Notes: generated from the sequence alone by a model not told the origin. Numbered from the stretch's first letter, positions 50,137 to 60,715 are shown. The stretch: DNA of 64,000 bases from Chitinophagales bacterium (GCA_039810885.1 JBDHXV010000005.1:14610-78609), one strand, 5' to 3'. Numbers and translations: made by a program.

Positions 50137-51356
50137 TGATTGAATTAAAAGTTTTAAGAATTATACGATCACCCGTTTCTATTCAATTGCCTGCATCAAA
50201 GAGTATAAGTAATCGCTTGTTGATACTACGTGCCTTATCAAAGAAGAAATGGCCAATTCACAATTTAAGCAGAGCGAACGATACGTTAGTGCTTAAAACA
50301 CTCTTGGCACAACATTCTATGCACTATGATGTACAAGAAGCCGGCACCGTTTATCGCTTTCTTTTGCCCTATCTGTGTATAAAGCAAGGGAAACATATTA
50401 TTAAAGGCAGCACACGTCTTATGCAAAGACCCATTGCTCCTTTAGTAAAATCATTGGAGCAGTTAGGTGCCCGAATCAAGCAAAAAAAAGAATTTATTGA
50501 AATTGAAGGGGGTACAATAAATGGCTCTACAACAACGCTAAACCAAAAAGACAGCTCTCAGTTTGCAAGCGCCATACTATTGTCTGCTTCTGCATTTCCA
50601 ATGGGGGTAGCATTAAAACTTAAAGGGAATATGGTTTCGGAGCCTTATTTAAGCTTAACCTTACACGCCTTAAATCAAGCCGGAGTGCGCTATGAAAAAA
50701 ATAATAACCATATTGAGATTCCGTCACAACAGATACAACTTCCCGAATGCACAATAGAAAATGATTGGAGTAGTGCTGCTTTTTTTTATCAACTGGTAGC
50801 ATTTAACCCCGGCTTAAAGATTGAATTGCAAAACTTAAACAGACGATCTAAGCAAGGAGATGTAATTCTAATCGAACTGTATAAAGCTCTGGGGGTAAAG
50901 ACATCACAGCAAAATAATAGCGTATGGATAAGTACAAATGTGCGCTCTGAAAATAATAAAGTAGCGCTTAAATTTTACTGCGAATCTTACCCGGATCTTG
51001 TGCCATCATTGGCTGTAACTTGCGCTGCATTAGGAATTAATGCCGGCTTTTATGGTATAAGCCATTTGCGCTTTAAAGAGAGCGATAGGGTAGAAGCCTT
51101 ACGAATTAATTTAACTAAAGGGGGGGTAACGTTTCGCGAGTATATTAATTCTTTTCATATTAAATCTGATGGAATGAAAAATCTCACATTAAGTATAAGC
51201 ACTTTTGACGACCATCGAATTGCAATGGCCTTTGCTCCGTTATGCCTATTGAATAATCGAGTTAGATTGGACAACAAGGATTGTGTTGCAAAGTCATTCC
51301 CCGATTTTTGGAAACAATTAAAGAAAGCAGGCATATCTTGGTATGAAGAAAAATAA
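50136..51356 (+). CDS. aroA: 3-phosphoshikimate 1-carboxyvinyltransferase (EPSP synthase)
   Basis: LPASKSISNR, MQRPI, ESDR and DHRIAMAF motifs. The start overlaps the aroB stop (TAATG). Confidence 0.9.
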   Translation: MIELKVLRIIRSPVSIQLPASKSISNRLLILRALSKKKWPIHNLSRANDTLVLKTLLAQHSMHYDVQEAGTVYRFLLPYLCIKQGKHIIKGSTRLMQRPIAPLVKSLEQLGARIKQKKEFIEIEGGTINGSTTTLNQKDSSQFASAILLSASAFPMGVALKLKGNMVSEPYLSLTLHALNQAGVRYEKNNNHIEIPSQQIQLPECTIENDWSSAAFFYQLVAFNPGLKIELQNLNRRSKQGDVILIELYKALGVKTSQQNNSVWISTNVRSENNKVALKFYCESYPDLVPSLAVTCAALGINAGFYGISHLRFKESDRVEALRINLTKGGVTFREYINSFHIKSDGMKNLTLSISTFDDHRIAMAFAPLCLLNNRVRLDNKDCVAKSFPDFWKQLKKAGISWYEEK

Positions 51357-52638
51357 TTGGTTCGAGAAAGATGCGGCGTATATATGGCATCCGTATTCTC
51401 CGCTTAAACAATTCTCAGAAGTGATACCTATTGTATCAGGGCATGGTGCTACGCTGACTACTGCAAACAATCAAACTATAATTGATGCCATCGCCAGTTG
51501 GTGGACTAATTTGCATGGACATGCTCACCCTTATATTGCAACTAAATTATATGAACAAGCACTAAAACTAGAGCATGTCATTTTTGCGGGCTTTACCCAT
51601 GAACCGGCTGCAACGTTGTCTGAGAGGCTAATTGAGCAAGTAGCATTGCAACAACATAAAGTATTTTTTTCTGATAATGGATCTACAGCAGTTGAGGTAG
51701 CCGTGAAAATGGCATTACAATATTGGTACAATAAGGATATACAGAAACGAACTATAATTGCTTTTGAAGATGCATACCACGGAGATACTTTCGGTGCGAT
51801 GTCTGTGAGTGCACGCAGTTTGTTTACGAAACCATTCGATACTCATCTCTTTGACGTTAAATTTATTTCAAGACCGATGGGCAATGGGCGAAGTATAGAT
51901 GAGCTAAAACATATTCTAACACAACCCGGAGTAGAGGATATTGCCGCTTTTATCTATGAGCCGCTTGTTCAAGGAACAGCAGGAATGTTGATGTATGATA
52001 AAGAAGAAATGAATGAATTGCTGCAACTGATTAACGAGCGCAACATTTTGTTAATTGCAGATGAAGTGTTTACCGGATTTTATCGTACAGGAACCATGCT
52101 CGCATCACATCAGTTGCGCATCGCTCCGGATTTGATTTGTTTGTCGAAAGGATTAACCGGGGGCTTTATGCCTCTGGGTGTTACTTTATGTAATGCTCGT
52201 ATGGCCGAGGCTTATGAACAGGTTGATCGAAGTAAGTCGTTCTTTCATGGACATTCATACACAGGGAACCCATTGGCATGTACAGTGGCGAATGCCTCAT
52301 TAGATTTATTGCTGATGCCGGAAACACAGGAATCCATTCTAAGAATTAATAAACAGCATAGAATATTTCAAACTCAACTAGACTCTTATGCCTATGCCAA
52401 AGATCCAAGAATATGCGGAACCATTGCTGCTGTGGATTTTGCGCCGGATGCTCAAAAGCAACATTATCTTAATGCGTGGCGTGATGTAATCTACGAATTC
52501 TTTTTACAACGCAACGTATTGCTGCGCCCACTAGGAGCAACGATATATATTGTTCCGCCCTATTGTATCACGATGGAACAATTAGAAAAAGTTCACAACG
52601 TGATTTTTGAATGGTTTGAGTGGAATGAGCATTCTTAA
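51343..52638 (+). CDS. bioA: Adenosylmethionine--8-amino-7-oxononanoate transaminase
   Basis: IWHPYS, SWWTNLHGHAHP and ADEVFTGFYRTG are present. The PLP lysine lies in LSKGLTGG. Confidence 0.85.
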   Translation: MKKNNWFEKDAAYIWHPYSPLKQFSEVIPIVSGHGATLTTANNQTIIDAIASWWTNLHGHAHPYIATKLYEQALKLEHVIFAGFTHEPAATLSERLIEQVALQQHKVFFSDNGSTAVEVAVKMALQYWYNKDIQKRTIIAFEDAYHGDTFGAMSVSARSLFTKPFDTHLFDVKFISRPMGNGRSIDELKHILTQPGVEDIAAFIYEPLVQGTAGMLMYDKEEMNELLQLINERNILLIADEVFTGFYRTGTMLASHQLRIAPDLICLSKGLTGGFMPLGVTLCNARMAEAYEQVDRSKSFFHGHSYTGNPLACTVANASLDLLLMPETQESILRINKQHRIFQTQLDSYAYAKDPRICGTIAAVDFAPDAQKQHYLNAWRDVIYEFFLQRNVLLRPLGATIYIVPPYCITMEQLEKVHNVIFEWFEWNEHS

Positions 52639-52904
52639 TTATTCATAGCATCCACGAATGCCATGGTGTGATTTTATATTACCCCAGATGATGTATGTAA
52701 TAAGCTGATATGCTATCTTACCGCAATCTCTCTACCGAGGGTTACGATGATATCAATTAATTGCTTGAGTATCTCTTCACCTACAGTCGATATCCTTATT
52801 AGCGGTAGCTCCCCGACACAAGAGCTAATGATTTTGAATCAAACATCTGTTCGAATGGTGGTCGAATACTATTTTTGTTATACTTGCTTCAGCGCAAGAA
52901 AAGT

Positions 52905-55085
52905 TCATAGCTTATTTTTTGTTGCAGTTTTTTTCTTTAATTGTTTTGACTTCGATACAGCCGTTGCAAGCCCCTGTTTAGGATCTATCTGATTCATACG
53001 ACAATAATCACGAATAACTTGTAAGATATCGGCACCAAACCTCTTCACTTTATTGCTATCTAATCCTTTTATATTAGATAATTCAGATTCATTAAGAGGT
53101 AAATGCTCACAAAGCAATTCAATCGTCTTAATCGGCATAACTCGGTGTGCTGAGAGCTGATATTCATTACATAAATCTTCGCGAAGCGCAATCAATATCT
53201 GTTTTAATTGACTACAAGTTGAAGACGTATCGCATTTCATGACAACCTTCGTCAATCGCGGTTGTTGATATGATTTTAGGGCATTGAAATGTGCTATCGT
53301 AGAGAACCCGTTTTCACAAGCTTGCCACAACGTATTTTGCCTATACCACATTTCAAATACCGACTTCTCAATAGAATTTAATTTTTGCTTGACTAATTCT
53401 TTATCTGAAACTAATGTCAATTGTTGAATCTGTTGTAATATCTTATCGGATTGTTTGATAAAATAATCAGCCGCATTAAAACTCCGGAGTCGTATTTGCT
53501 CATTCTCTTCGGGTAACGTGTGTCTTTGATGAAGTTGCTTTAATTCTTCTTGAAATCGTCTTGCAACTCTTGCTAAGGTGTTAGAGTGTTCAAAGTATAA
53601 GGATAATGATTTAACATATTTTTTATCCAATCCTTTTCCATGCTCTTCTATTGCTTGTACCCATTGATCATTCTGCTTCTCAATTGAGTTTAAGTTAAAA
53701 AGGTTTAATAGAAGAGTAAAGTGGTAATCAATTTTATCCAACAGTAATTGCTCTTCATTTAAATCCGTAACCCGTGAAGACGCATAGAACCAAAGTATGC
53801 GGTCGTCAGTCTTGAAATTACTTTTTGAAATCCTGCTCTTGAGAATAATACCATCAAGACTTCTGCAACGACTGAGTGCAACATATACCTGCCCCGGACT
53901 GAAGGCACGCCCGGCATCAATTACAACTTTATCAAAAGTTAACCCCTGACTTTTATGAATCGTAATGACCCAGGCAAGTCGTAAGGGTAATTGCTTAAAC
54001 CGCCCAATTACTTCTTCATTAATCTTGTTTTCTTTCGCGTTGTGTTCATAACGAATATTCTCCCAGGTATAAGGAGTTACTTTAATCTCATTGCAGGCGT
54101 CATCTATGACAACAACATCCTCATCATTAAGATCTTTCACTCTTGCTATCTTACCATTGAAAAATCGCTTAGCTGCATCTAAATCATTTTTTACAAACAT
54201 CACCTGCGCACCAACCTTTAATCGTAATTCGATATCGGCATTCGCATTACGCTCATCAAATGTGCCTTCTTTTTTAGCCGTATAAACTTTAACCGGTTTC
54301 TTAATAGAGGTCAAGTGTTGATTGTTTACTTCATCTGCAATTTGATTGTGTGTAGTGAGGATGATACAACCGTCATCACGCCTGGGCTCGTATGTTTCAT
54401 CCAGCCCCTTGTGAAGTGACTCATATTGATCATCGCGCAGGGTGTTATTTCGTACGCCATTTAATATTGAAATAAACTGTTCATCTTGTTGTCTGTAAAC
54501 CTTATCCAATTCTATGTTTACGGCATTCATAGTACGATATACTTCACTATCGAAAAAGAATACACTTGAGTAATAAGGCTTCATCTCTTGCCAATCTTGT
54601 TCTTTTATAACAGGGGCCAACTGATATAAATCACCGACCATAAGAACTTGAACGCCTCCGAACGGTTTCTGATATTCTTGCCGCACATGTTGTAAAACGA
54701 TATTCATCATATCCATCACGTCACAACGCACCATGCTGATTTCATCAATAATAAGTAGTTCAAGGTTTTTAAAAATATTTAACCTTTCGCGATTAAAGCG
54801 ATGCTTACTCAATAATCGGTCTCGATTCAATACGTTGTCGGACAATCTTAGAGAAGAGGGCTCTGGAACGTATGTATTAAACGGAAGTTGAAAAAACGAG
54901 TGTATGGTAACCCCACCGGCATTGATAGCAGCTACTCCGGTTGGTGCAACAACTACGGTATTCTTGTGTGTTTCGCTTTTAATTCGTTTTAGTAAGGTAG
55001 TCTTGCCTGTTCCGGCCTTCCCACTTACGAGCACATGGCGATGCGTATATTCAATATAATTAAAAGCAAGGTCGTTCAGATTCAT
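52905..55085 (-). CDS. Pif1/RecD-family P-loop DNA helicase with a long C-terminal extension ending in an HRDC-like domain
   Basis: Walker A GKAGTGKTT, Walker B LIIDEISM, GDLYQLAP and ITIHKSQGLTFD...VYVALSRCRS. The C-terminal ~70 aa (LREDLCNEYQLSAHRVMPIKTIELLCEHLPLNESELSNIKGLDSNKVKRFG) look HRDC-like. The likely start is ATG 55085. Confidence 0.8.
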   Translation of the reverse strand: MNLNDLAFNYIEYTHRHVLVSGKAGTGKTTLLKRIKSETHKNTVVVAPTGVAAINAGGVTIHSFFQLPFNTYVPEPSSLRLSDNVLNRDRLLSKHRFNRERLNIFKNLELLIIDEISMVRCDVMDMMNIVLQHVRQEYQKPFGGVQVLMVGDLYQLAPVIKEQDWQEMKPYYSSVFFFDSEVYRTMNAVNIELDKVYRQQDEQFISILNGVRNNTLRDDQYESLHKGLDETYEPRRDDGCIILTTHNQIADEVNNQHLTSIKKPVKVYTAKKEGTFDERNANADIELRLKVGAQVMFVKNDLDAAKRFFNGKIARVKDLNDEDVVVIDDACNEIKVTPYTWENIRYEHNAKENKINEEVIGRFKQLPLRLAWVITIHKSQGLTFDKVVIDAGRAFSPGQVYVALSRCRSLDGIILKSRISKSNFKTDDRILWFYASSRVTDLNEEQLLLDKIDYHFTLLLNLFNLNSIEKQNDQWVQAIEEHGKGLDKKYVKSLSLYFEHSNTLARVARRFQEELKQLHQRHTLPEENEQIRLRSFNAADYFIKQSDKILQQIQQLTLVSDKELVKQKLNSIEKSVFEMWYRQNTLWQACENGFSTIAHFNALKSYQQPRLTKVVMKCDTSSTCSQLKQILIALREDLCNEYQLSAHRVMPIKTIELLCEHLPLNESELSNIKGLDSNKVKRFGADILQVIRDYCRMNQIDPKQGLATAVSKSKQLKKKTATKNKL

Positions 55086-55116
55086 AATATCATGTATCTC
55101 AAAAATACAAGAGAAT

Positions 55117-55149
55117 AAAAAAAGCCGCACCATATCTGTGTGCGGCTTT
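55117..55149 (-). terminator. Rho-independent terminator after susD
   Basis: A 10-bp perfect stem (aaagccgcac / gtgcggcttt). Read on the minus strand, a T-run follows. Confidence 0.7.
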
Positions 55150-55171
55150 ATCAAGGTTTAGATTTGTTTTA

Positions 55172-56761
55172 TTAATAACCGGGGTTTTGTTTCAAATTTG
55201 GATTCGCAATAATATCTGAGGAGGGGATAGGATAGATATTGTATTTGTTATCTACACTTTGGCCATTTTGCACCCCGCCTTTCCATGCCCACACATAACT
55301 CCCTCCGGTGTATTTGCCAAAACGAATTAAATCGGTACGTCGAGAGGCTTCCCAATACAGTTCGCGTGCTCGCTCATTCAACACATCGTCAAGTGTTAGA
55401 GATGTTACATTATGATTACTGTTTCCGTAAGCACGTTCGCGCAGTTCATTTATATAGGAAATGGCTGTTCCCAAGTTACCACCAGCTCCCCCGCGCAAGG
55501 TTGCCTCAGCATACATTAGATAAACATCAGCTAATCGGAATAGAGGAAAATCGGTATCCGGAAAGTTTACCGGATCACTGCCCTTTGCACCCGTAGAAGT
55601 TATGTTTCTGTACTTTGCGATACCGATACCCTGAGCGAAAGTTGCTAAATTCTTAATGGTATCATTCGTTTGCCCGTCTCTGAAAAACAATGCCCTACTA
55701 TCTAAACTATCCGGAAATTGATGATAGAAATCAAGCGTGGTTCGCACGCCAAACCATCCGCCGGCACTGACTCCAAAACTATCTGCTGCATTCCATGCAG
55801 GACCGCCCATCGGCGCACGGACCAAATAGCACGTTCCGCCATAAGTTCTGGTATTCATACCATCAAAGCAAATAGGGAATATGATTTCTTTGCTTAGATT
55901 ATTATCTGCTAAGAACAGATTACGATATTTAGTTTCCAAAATGTATCCTGCATTTAATACCTTGTTGCAATATGTTATTGCATCGCCGTAGCGAGGTGTA
56001 CCAATATAGACCTCTGCATTCAGATACAATTTCGACAATAAAGTCCACACAGCCGCTTGGTTCGCACGTCCATACACGCTTTGAGATACCGGGTTAATAC
56101 TGTTTTCAATGTCTTTTAGTTCACTTTCTATATAGCTGAATAAATTAGCACGGGAAATTTGCAAAGGATAATCTGACCCCGGGAATTTGGTTTCATCAGT
56201 AACATCCGGAATATTGCCATATAGATCAAGCCCATGCCAAAGGCTGAGTGCTTTTAAAAACCGTGCTTCGGCACGGTAGGATTTAATCATGTTCTTGTCC
56301 GCGTCGGAAAATTTATGTTTGTTCAAATTCTCGTCTGATGATTGACGAATAAATTCATTACATAAAGTTATTTGATACATTATGCGGTTATAAAGTACGG
56401 TTACAAATTCATTTTGAGAGCTCCACGTCATTTTATTTAATTCCTGTATGGTGCCATCTTGCCAAGCAATACGCGCCTCATCGGTTGGTAATTCCTGCAA
56501 CTGCCAATACTGTCTTAAATATTGAGAAAAGCCCTCGTCTATGCCGGCTAAGTCGGGGTTCCCCGCAGGCCCGGACTGGCCACTTACTGCAAGTCCGGCG
56601 TAAAGCTTTGCCAACACATGAATGTAATTGTTAGGGTCATCGTAAATAGTAGCTGATGTTTGTTCGTAAAATGGTTTGCGGTTTAAGTCTTTAAGGCAAG
56701 AGCTCAATCCTAGAGCTATCACCAAAGCAGCAATCGTAACTTTTAAATAGGATGTTTTCAT
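55172..56761 (-). CDS. susD: SusD/RagB-family nutrient-binding outer membrane lipoprotein
   Basis: Lipoprotein signal MKTSYLKVTIAALVIALGLSSC. SusD-like TPR core motifs are present (RAEARFLKAL, DVYLMYAEA, ERARELYWE..RRTDLIRF). The gene lies 23 nt downstream of susC. Confidence 0.85.
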   Translation of the reverse strand: MKTSYLKVTIAALVIALGLSSCLKDLNRKPFYEQTSATIYDDPNNYIHVLAKLYAGLAVSGQSGPAGNPDLAGIDEGFSQYLRQYWQLQELPTDEARIAWQDGTIQELNKMTWSSQNEFVTVLYNRIMYQITLCNEFIRQSSDENLNKHKFSDADKNMIKSYRAEARFLKALSLWHGLDLYGNIPDVTDETKFPGSDYPLQISRANLFSYIESELKDIENSINPVSQSVYGRANQAAVWTLLSKLYLNAEVYIGTPRYGDAITYCNKVLNAGYILETKYRNLFLADNNLSKEIIFPICFDGMNTRTYGGTCYLVRAPMGGPAWNAADSFGVSAGGWFGVRTTLDFYHQFPDSLDSRALFFRDGQTNDTIKNLATFAQGIGIAKYRNITSTGAKGSDPVNFPDTDFPLFRLADVYLMYAEATLRGGAGGNLGTAISYINELRERAYGNSNHNVTSLTLDDVLNERARELYWEASRRTDLIRFGKYTGGSYVWAWKGGVQNGQSVDNKYNIYPIPSSDIIANPNLKQNPGY

Positions 56762-56784
56762 GATTTTTCCTTTTTTGATGATGA

Positions 56785-59754
56785 TCAAAGTTGAATGTTT
56801 AAGCCGAGCGAATAAATACGAGGTCTTGGATATAGGTTGTTATCTATGCCACTAAATACCTCGGGATCGAGCCCTTTATATTTTGTAACTACAAAAGCAT
56901 TCTGGATGTTGCCATATATTCGTATGCTAGCTGTCTTTTTAAATACCCTACCGAAGTTGTACCCGACATTGATATTATCAAAGCGAAGGAAAGAAGCATT
57001 CTGTACATAATAATCCGAGAAATATTGCGGCTGTTTAAAATTGGTTTCAAGTATGTTGGAGGTTGCGTTGCTCAAATAAGGAGACGCGGGCACCATTGCA
57101 CTTTGCACGGCGGTAAACGAAGCTGTGTTGTTGTAAACATAATTTCCGAACACAGCGCGTGCAGAGAACCCGGCACTCCATTTTTTATAGGTAAGTTGTG
57201 CATTGAACCCTAGGAACAACGTAGGGTTCGAGCTCTTATAGCGGTACATATCGCTCGAGTTGATTATGCCATCTCCGTTTAAGTCTTCATATTTCCCTTC
57301 GAGGGGCTTGCCGTTTTCATCATATTTCTGTTTATAGACATAGAAAGTATTAATCGGGTAGCCCACCGTGTTGATTTGTATCGTGTTACCTACACCGCCC
57401 GAAATACCCCCTACCTGATTTCCAATCGAAGTGTCATTAGCTACTTTTGATAGGGAGAGAATGTTGTTCTTATTTGAGGTTAAATTAAAACCTACTTCAA
57501 GGTTTAAGTCTTTTTTAGCAATCGGTATGGTATTTAATACGAACTCTATACCTCTGTTTTCAATGCTACCTACATTAGTTAGGAGGCGGTTCTTAAAATT
57601 TGTACCGGCTGGAATCGGTATCTCTGCAATCAAATCAACAGTCTTTTTGTAATAACAATCTACTGACCCGCTGATGCGACCATTAAAGAATCCGTAATCT
57701 ATACCTGCATTATAAGTTGTTGTAGATTCCCAACGGAATTTTGGGTCATAAACAGATGGGCGTAAAGTATAATAAAATTGATTGCCGAATTGATACGAAG
57801 CACCCGCATCACTTTGAGTATATACGGGTAAGTAATTAAAATTAACACCCACATCCTGTTGGCCGGTAACACCATAGCCTAATCGCAGCTTTAAATCGGA
57901 CAATGATTTTACAGAGGCAAGGAATTTCTCGCTGCCTATGCGCCATGCAAAAGCTGCAGAAGGGAATAATCCCCAGCGTTCGTTTTCAGCAAAGCGCGAT
58001 GAACCATCATCACGCAAGGTGAGCGTCAATAAATATTTTTCATTTAAGGTGTAATTCAAGCGACCATAAAAAGATATCAGTGTGTTTTGAGATTTTGCAT
58101 AAGGAAATGCAGGCTTAGAAGATAAGGTGTCTCCTTTGCCGTCTAACTGCGGGTAGTTTGGCGACTCAAAATACCAATCTTGATAAGAGTATCCTCCTAC
58201 AACATCAATCACACTCTTAATGTTTGATAAATCTTTGTGATAGTTTAAATAAAACTCCATCAGCTTATTTCGTTTAAACTGTTCATAGTATGAGTAGAAC
58301 CCTTTATGTGTGGTAGTGTAATTCGTAGCAGCCGAATCTTGAACGACTACTGTCCCGTGGCTTTTAGCAATGTCATACCCCAGATTCAGATTGGCGCGCA
58401 AATCGGGGAGGAAGTGCATTTTGTAATCCAATTGTATATTTCCAATGGAGCGCATTACCTGACCGATATCGGAGCGCATTTTAATCATAGCAATCGGGTT
58501 GCGAGTTGCCAGATTGTTGGGTACTTTGCCATTCATCCATTCAAAGTATTCTCCGAAACGATTACTTTCTGTTGTTACGGTTTGAGTCGGATCAAAATAG
58601 ATAGCAGCGCCCACAGCTCCCTGGTTTGCAAAATTGGTTCGACTAAAACTGGTCTTTTCATTCACTGTTACTTTTAAATGATCTTTGAAAAAGGATGGAG
58701 CAATGTTGAGATTAATCGTGCTGCGCTGCATGTTATCTGTTATAAGTACTCCACTTTGGTTCAAATAGCCTAATGATAAACGATAAGGCAGTATTTTAAT
58801 GCCACCTTGTATGCTGATATTGTTGTCTGTAGTAAAGGCACTGTGATATATTTCTTTTTGCCAATTCGTGTTACCCTTGCCAATCAATTTTAACTTATTG
58901 GTGTCGGTTACAAATGATTTCACATAATTACGAAACTCATCTGCACTCAACACATCCACATATTTTGATACTTGTGAAAAAGATTGTACAGTGTTAAATT
59001 CTAATTTCAACTTACCTCGAACTGCGGATTTTGTAGTAATAAGGATAACACCATTAGAAGCGCGGGAGCCATAAATTGCTGTTGCCGAAGCATCTTTCAG
59101 AATCGTAATATTCTCAATATCATTCGGGTTAATTAAACTTAATGGATTAGGTGAGCCTCCAATTCCGCCATTATCAACCGGAACACCATCTATAACAAAC
59201 AGGGGGTCGTTGCTTGCATTCAATGAAGATCCGCCACGAATGCGAATTACAGAGCCCGACCCCGGGGATCCTCCGTTTGGAGTTATTTGCACGCCTGCAA
59301 CCTTGCCGGTTACCAATTGTTCAGGAGTAGTTACATTACCTGTTAAAAACTCTTTCGTGTTTAAAGAGATTATCGACCCGGTTAAGTCCTTCTTTTCCTT
59401 TGTTCCATAACCTATCACTACAATCTCCTTCAAAGAAGAGGTCTCCTTCTCCATGTGGATGTCGAACGTAACGATAGAGCTTCCTATGGTTATATCTTTA
59501 GAGAATTTCTTGTATCCTAAAAAAGAGGACACTATTAAATAATTCCCGGGGGGCAAATTGGAAATAGAAAAATTTCCGTTAACATCTGAAACAGCTCCAT
59601 GTGAGGTGCCTTCGAGTTGAATAGTTACGAAACTCATAGGCTGGTTTTCGTCATCAAATACACTGCCGTTTATGCCTCCGCTTTGAGCATAAAGATTTTG
59701 AAAAGTAATACCTGAGAGCATCACTGCTAAGAATAAGGTAAAATGTCTTATCAT
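56785..59754 (-). CDS. susC: SusC/RagA-family TonB-linked outer membrane transporter
   Basis: A CarboxypepD_reg segment (GSVFDDENQPMSFVTIQLEGT) is followed by IGYGTKEKKDLTGSI and a plug (RIRGGSSLNASNDPLFVIDGVP), then a long barrel. There is no STN (anti-sigma signalling) domain. Confidence 0.9.
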   Translation of the reverse strand: MIRHFTLFLAVMLSGITFQNLYAQSGGINGSVFDDENQPMSFVTIQLEGTSHGAVSDVNGNFSISNLPPGNYLIVSSFLGYKKFSKDITIGSSIVTFDIHMEKETSSLKEIVVIGYGTKEKKDLTGSIISLNTKEFLTGNVTTPEQLVTGKVAGVQITPNGGSPGSGSVIRIRGGSSLNASNDPLFVIDGVPVDNGGIGGSPNPLSLINPNDIENITILKDASATAIYGSRASNGVILITTKSAVRGKLKLEFNTVQSFSQVSKYVDVLSADEFRNYVKSFVTDTNKLKLIGKGNTNWQKEIYHSAFTTDNNISIQGGIKILPYRLSLGYLNQSGVLITDNMQRSTINLNIAPSFFKDHLKVTVNEKTSFSRTNFANQGAVGAAIYFDPTQTVTTESNRFGEYFEWMNGKVPNNLATRNPIAMIKMRSDIGQVMRSIGNIQLDYKMHFLPDLRANLNLGYDIAKSHGTVVVQDSAATNYTTTHKGFYSYYEQFKRNKLMEFYLNYHKDLSNIKSVIDVVGGYSYQDWYFESPNYPQLDGKGDTLSSKPAFPYAKSQNTLISFYGRLNYTLNEKYLLTLTLRDDGSSRFAENERWGLFPSAAFAWRIGSEKFLASVKSLSDLKLRLGYGVTGQQDVGVNFNYLPVYTQSDAGASYQFGNQFYYTLRPSVYDPKFRWESTTTYNAGIDYGFFNGRISGSVDCYYKKTVDLIAEIPIPAGTNFKNRLLTNVGSIENRGIEFVLNTIPIAKKDLNLEVGFNLTSNKNNILSLSKVANDTSIGNQVGGISGGVGNTIQINTVGYPINTFYVYKQKYDENGKPLEGKYEDLNGDGIINSSDMYRYKSSNPTLFLGFNAQLTYKKWSAGFSARAVFGNYVYNNTASFTAVQSAMVPASPYLSNATSNILETNFKQPQYFSDYYVQNASFLRFDNINVGYNFGRVFKKTASIRIYGNIQNAFVVTKYKGLDPEVFSGIDNNLYPRPRIYSLGLNIQL

Positions 59755-59860
59755 GCTATGGGGTGAATTTATTAAGCACAAGTATAGTGAAAAAAATAGC
59801 CTCTTAACCGACCTGTAAATGTTTTTTATTGAATAATTTGAATTACACTCCTAAAGAGCC

Positions 59861-60715
59861 TTATGGAGTGTATTGCTCGTGGTATTCTGTAAGACGATCT
59901 ATTGGCGAGCGAATAATAATTCCCAAAGGCATTTGATGTTCTTTACATACAACTTGCAGAATATCGGAGAAGGTGTGTGCAATAGAACCAACACAATTAA
60001 AAGAGTATGATTTATAGTTCGGGTAACCGCACACCAAGTGATTGAAAAAGTCTTGAAATCCACTATAAATAATGTCCCTACAGTATTCGTGAGATGCATT
60101 ATTCCCAAAAAACAAAGCAAAGGAAGCTAAGAAACGATTTGGCAGTGGTTGATTATAGAGTCGATCAAAAATTTCTTCTTTACCAAGGGCATATTGTGAT
60201 TTGAATTTAGACTCTAATTCGGCAGGTAAATATCCGCGCAAATGATCACGCAGTAATTTCTTTCCCAAGTAGGAGCCGCTGCCTTCATCGCCAAGGAAAT
60301 ATCCTAATGAGTCAATGTTATGAGTAACCTGTTTACCATCATATAAGCATGAATTTGTACCTGTTCCTAATATAGCGGCAAACCCGGGCTTATTAAATAA
60401 TAAGGCTCTTGCGGCGGCTAGTAAGTCGTGATCGACATTGACATGAGATTGTGGAAAGCATTTTTGAATAGCATTCTTAATAATCATATTCTTCGCTATT
60501 GTTGAACAACCTGCACCGTAAAAAGAAACCGTTGCAACCTTTAGGTCATTAGGCAAATTAGGTATTAATTGACTTTGCAACGACTGATACACTTGCTCTG
60601 TACTTACGAAATAGGGATTGTAGCCTTCAGTTTTAATAATCTTTTTTTCACCGTTGTCAGAGAGTAAACACCATGTTGCTTTAGTAGAGCCCGAGTCGGC
60701 TATCAGTTGTGCCAT
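59861..60715 (-). CDS. BadF/BadG/BcrA/BcrD-type ATPase, N-acetylglucosamine-kinase-like
   Basis: N-terminal LIADSGSTKATW, plus ILGTGTNS and GDEGSGSYLGK motifs of the ASKHA sugar-kinase fold. Confidence 0.7.
   Translation of the reverse strand: MAQLIADSGSTKATWCLLSDNGEKKIIKTEGYNPYFVSTEQVYQSLQSQLIPNLPNDLKVATVSFYGAGCSTIAKNMIIKNAIQKCFPQSHVNVDHDLLAAARALLFNKPGFAAILGTGTNSCLYDGKQVTHNIDSLGYFLGDEGSGSYLGKKLLRDHLRGYLPAELESKFKSQYALGKEEIFDRLYNQPLPNRFLASFALFFGNNASHEYCRDIIYSGFQDFFNHLVCGYPNYKSYSFNCVGSIAHTFSDILQVVCKEHQMPLGIIIRSPIDRLTEYHEQYTP

Noticed and set aside
52747-52992. 81-aa ORF in the bioA/helicase gap
   Set aside because: The composition is implausible (Cys/Phe/Ser-rich), and it overlaps the helicase 3' end on the opposite strand.
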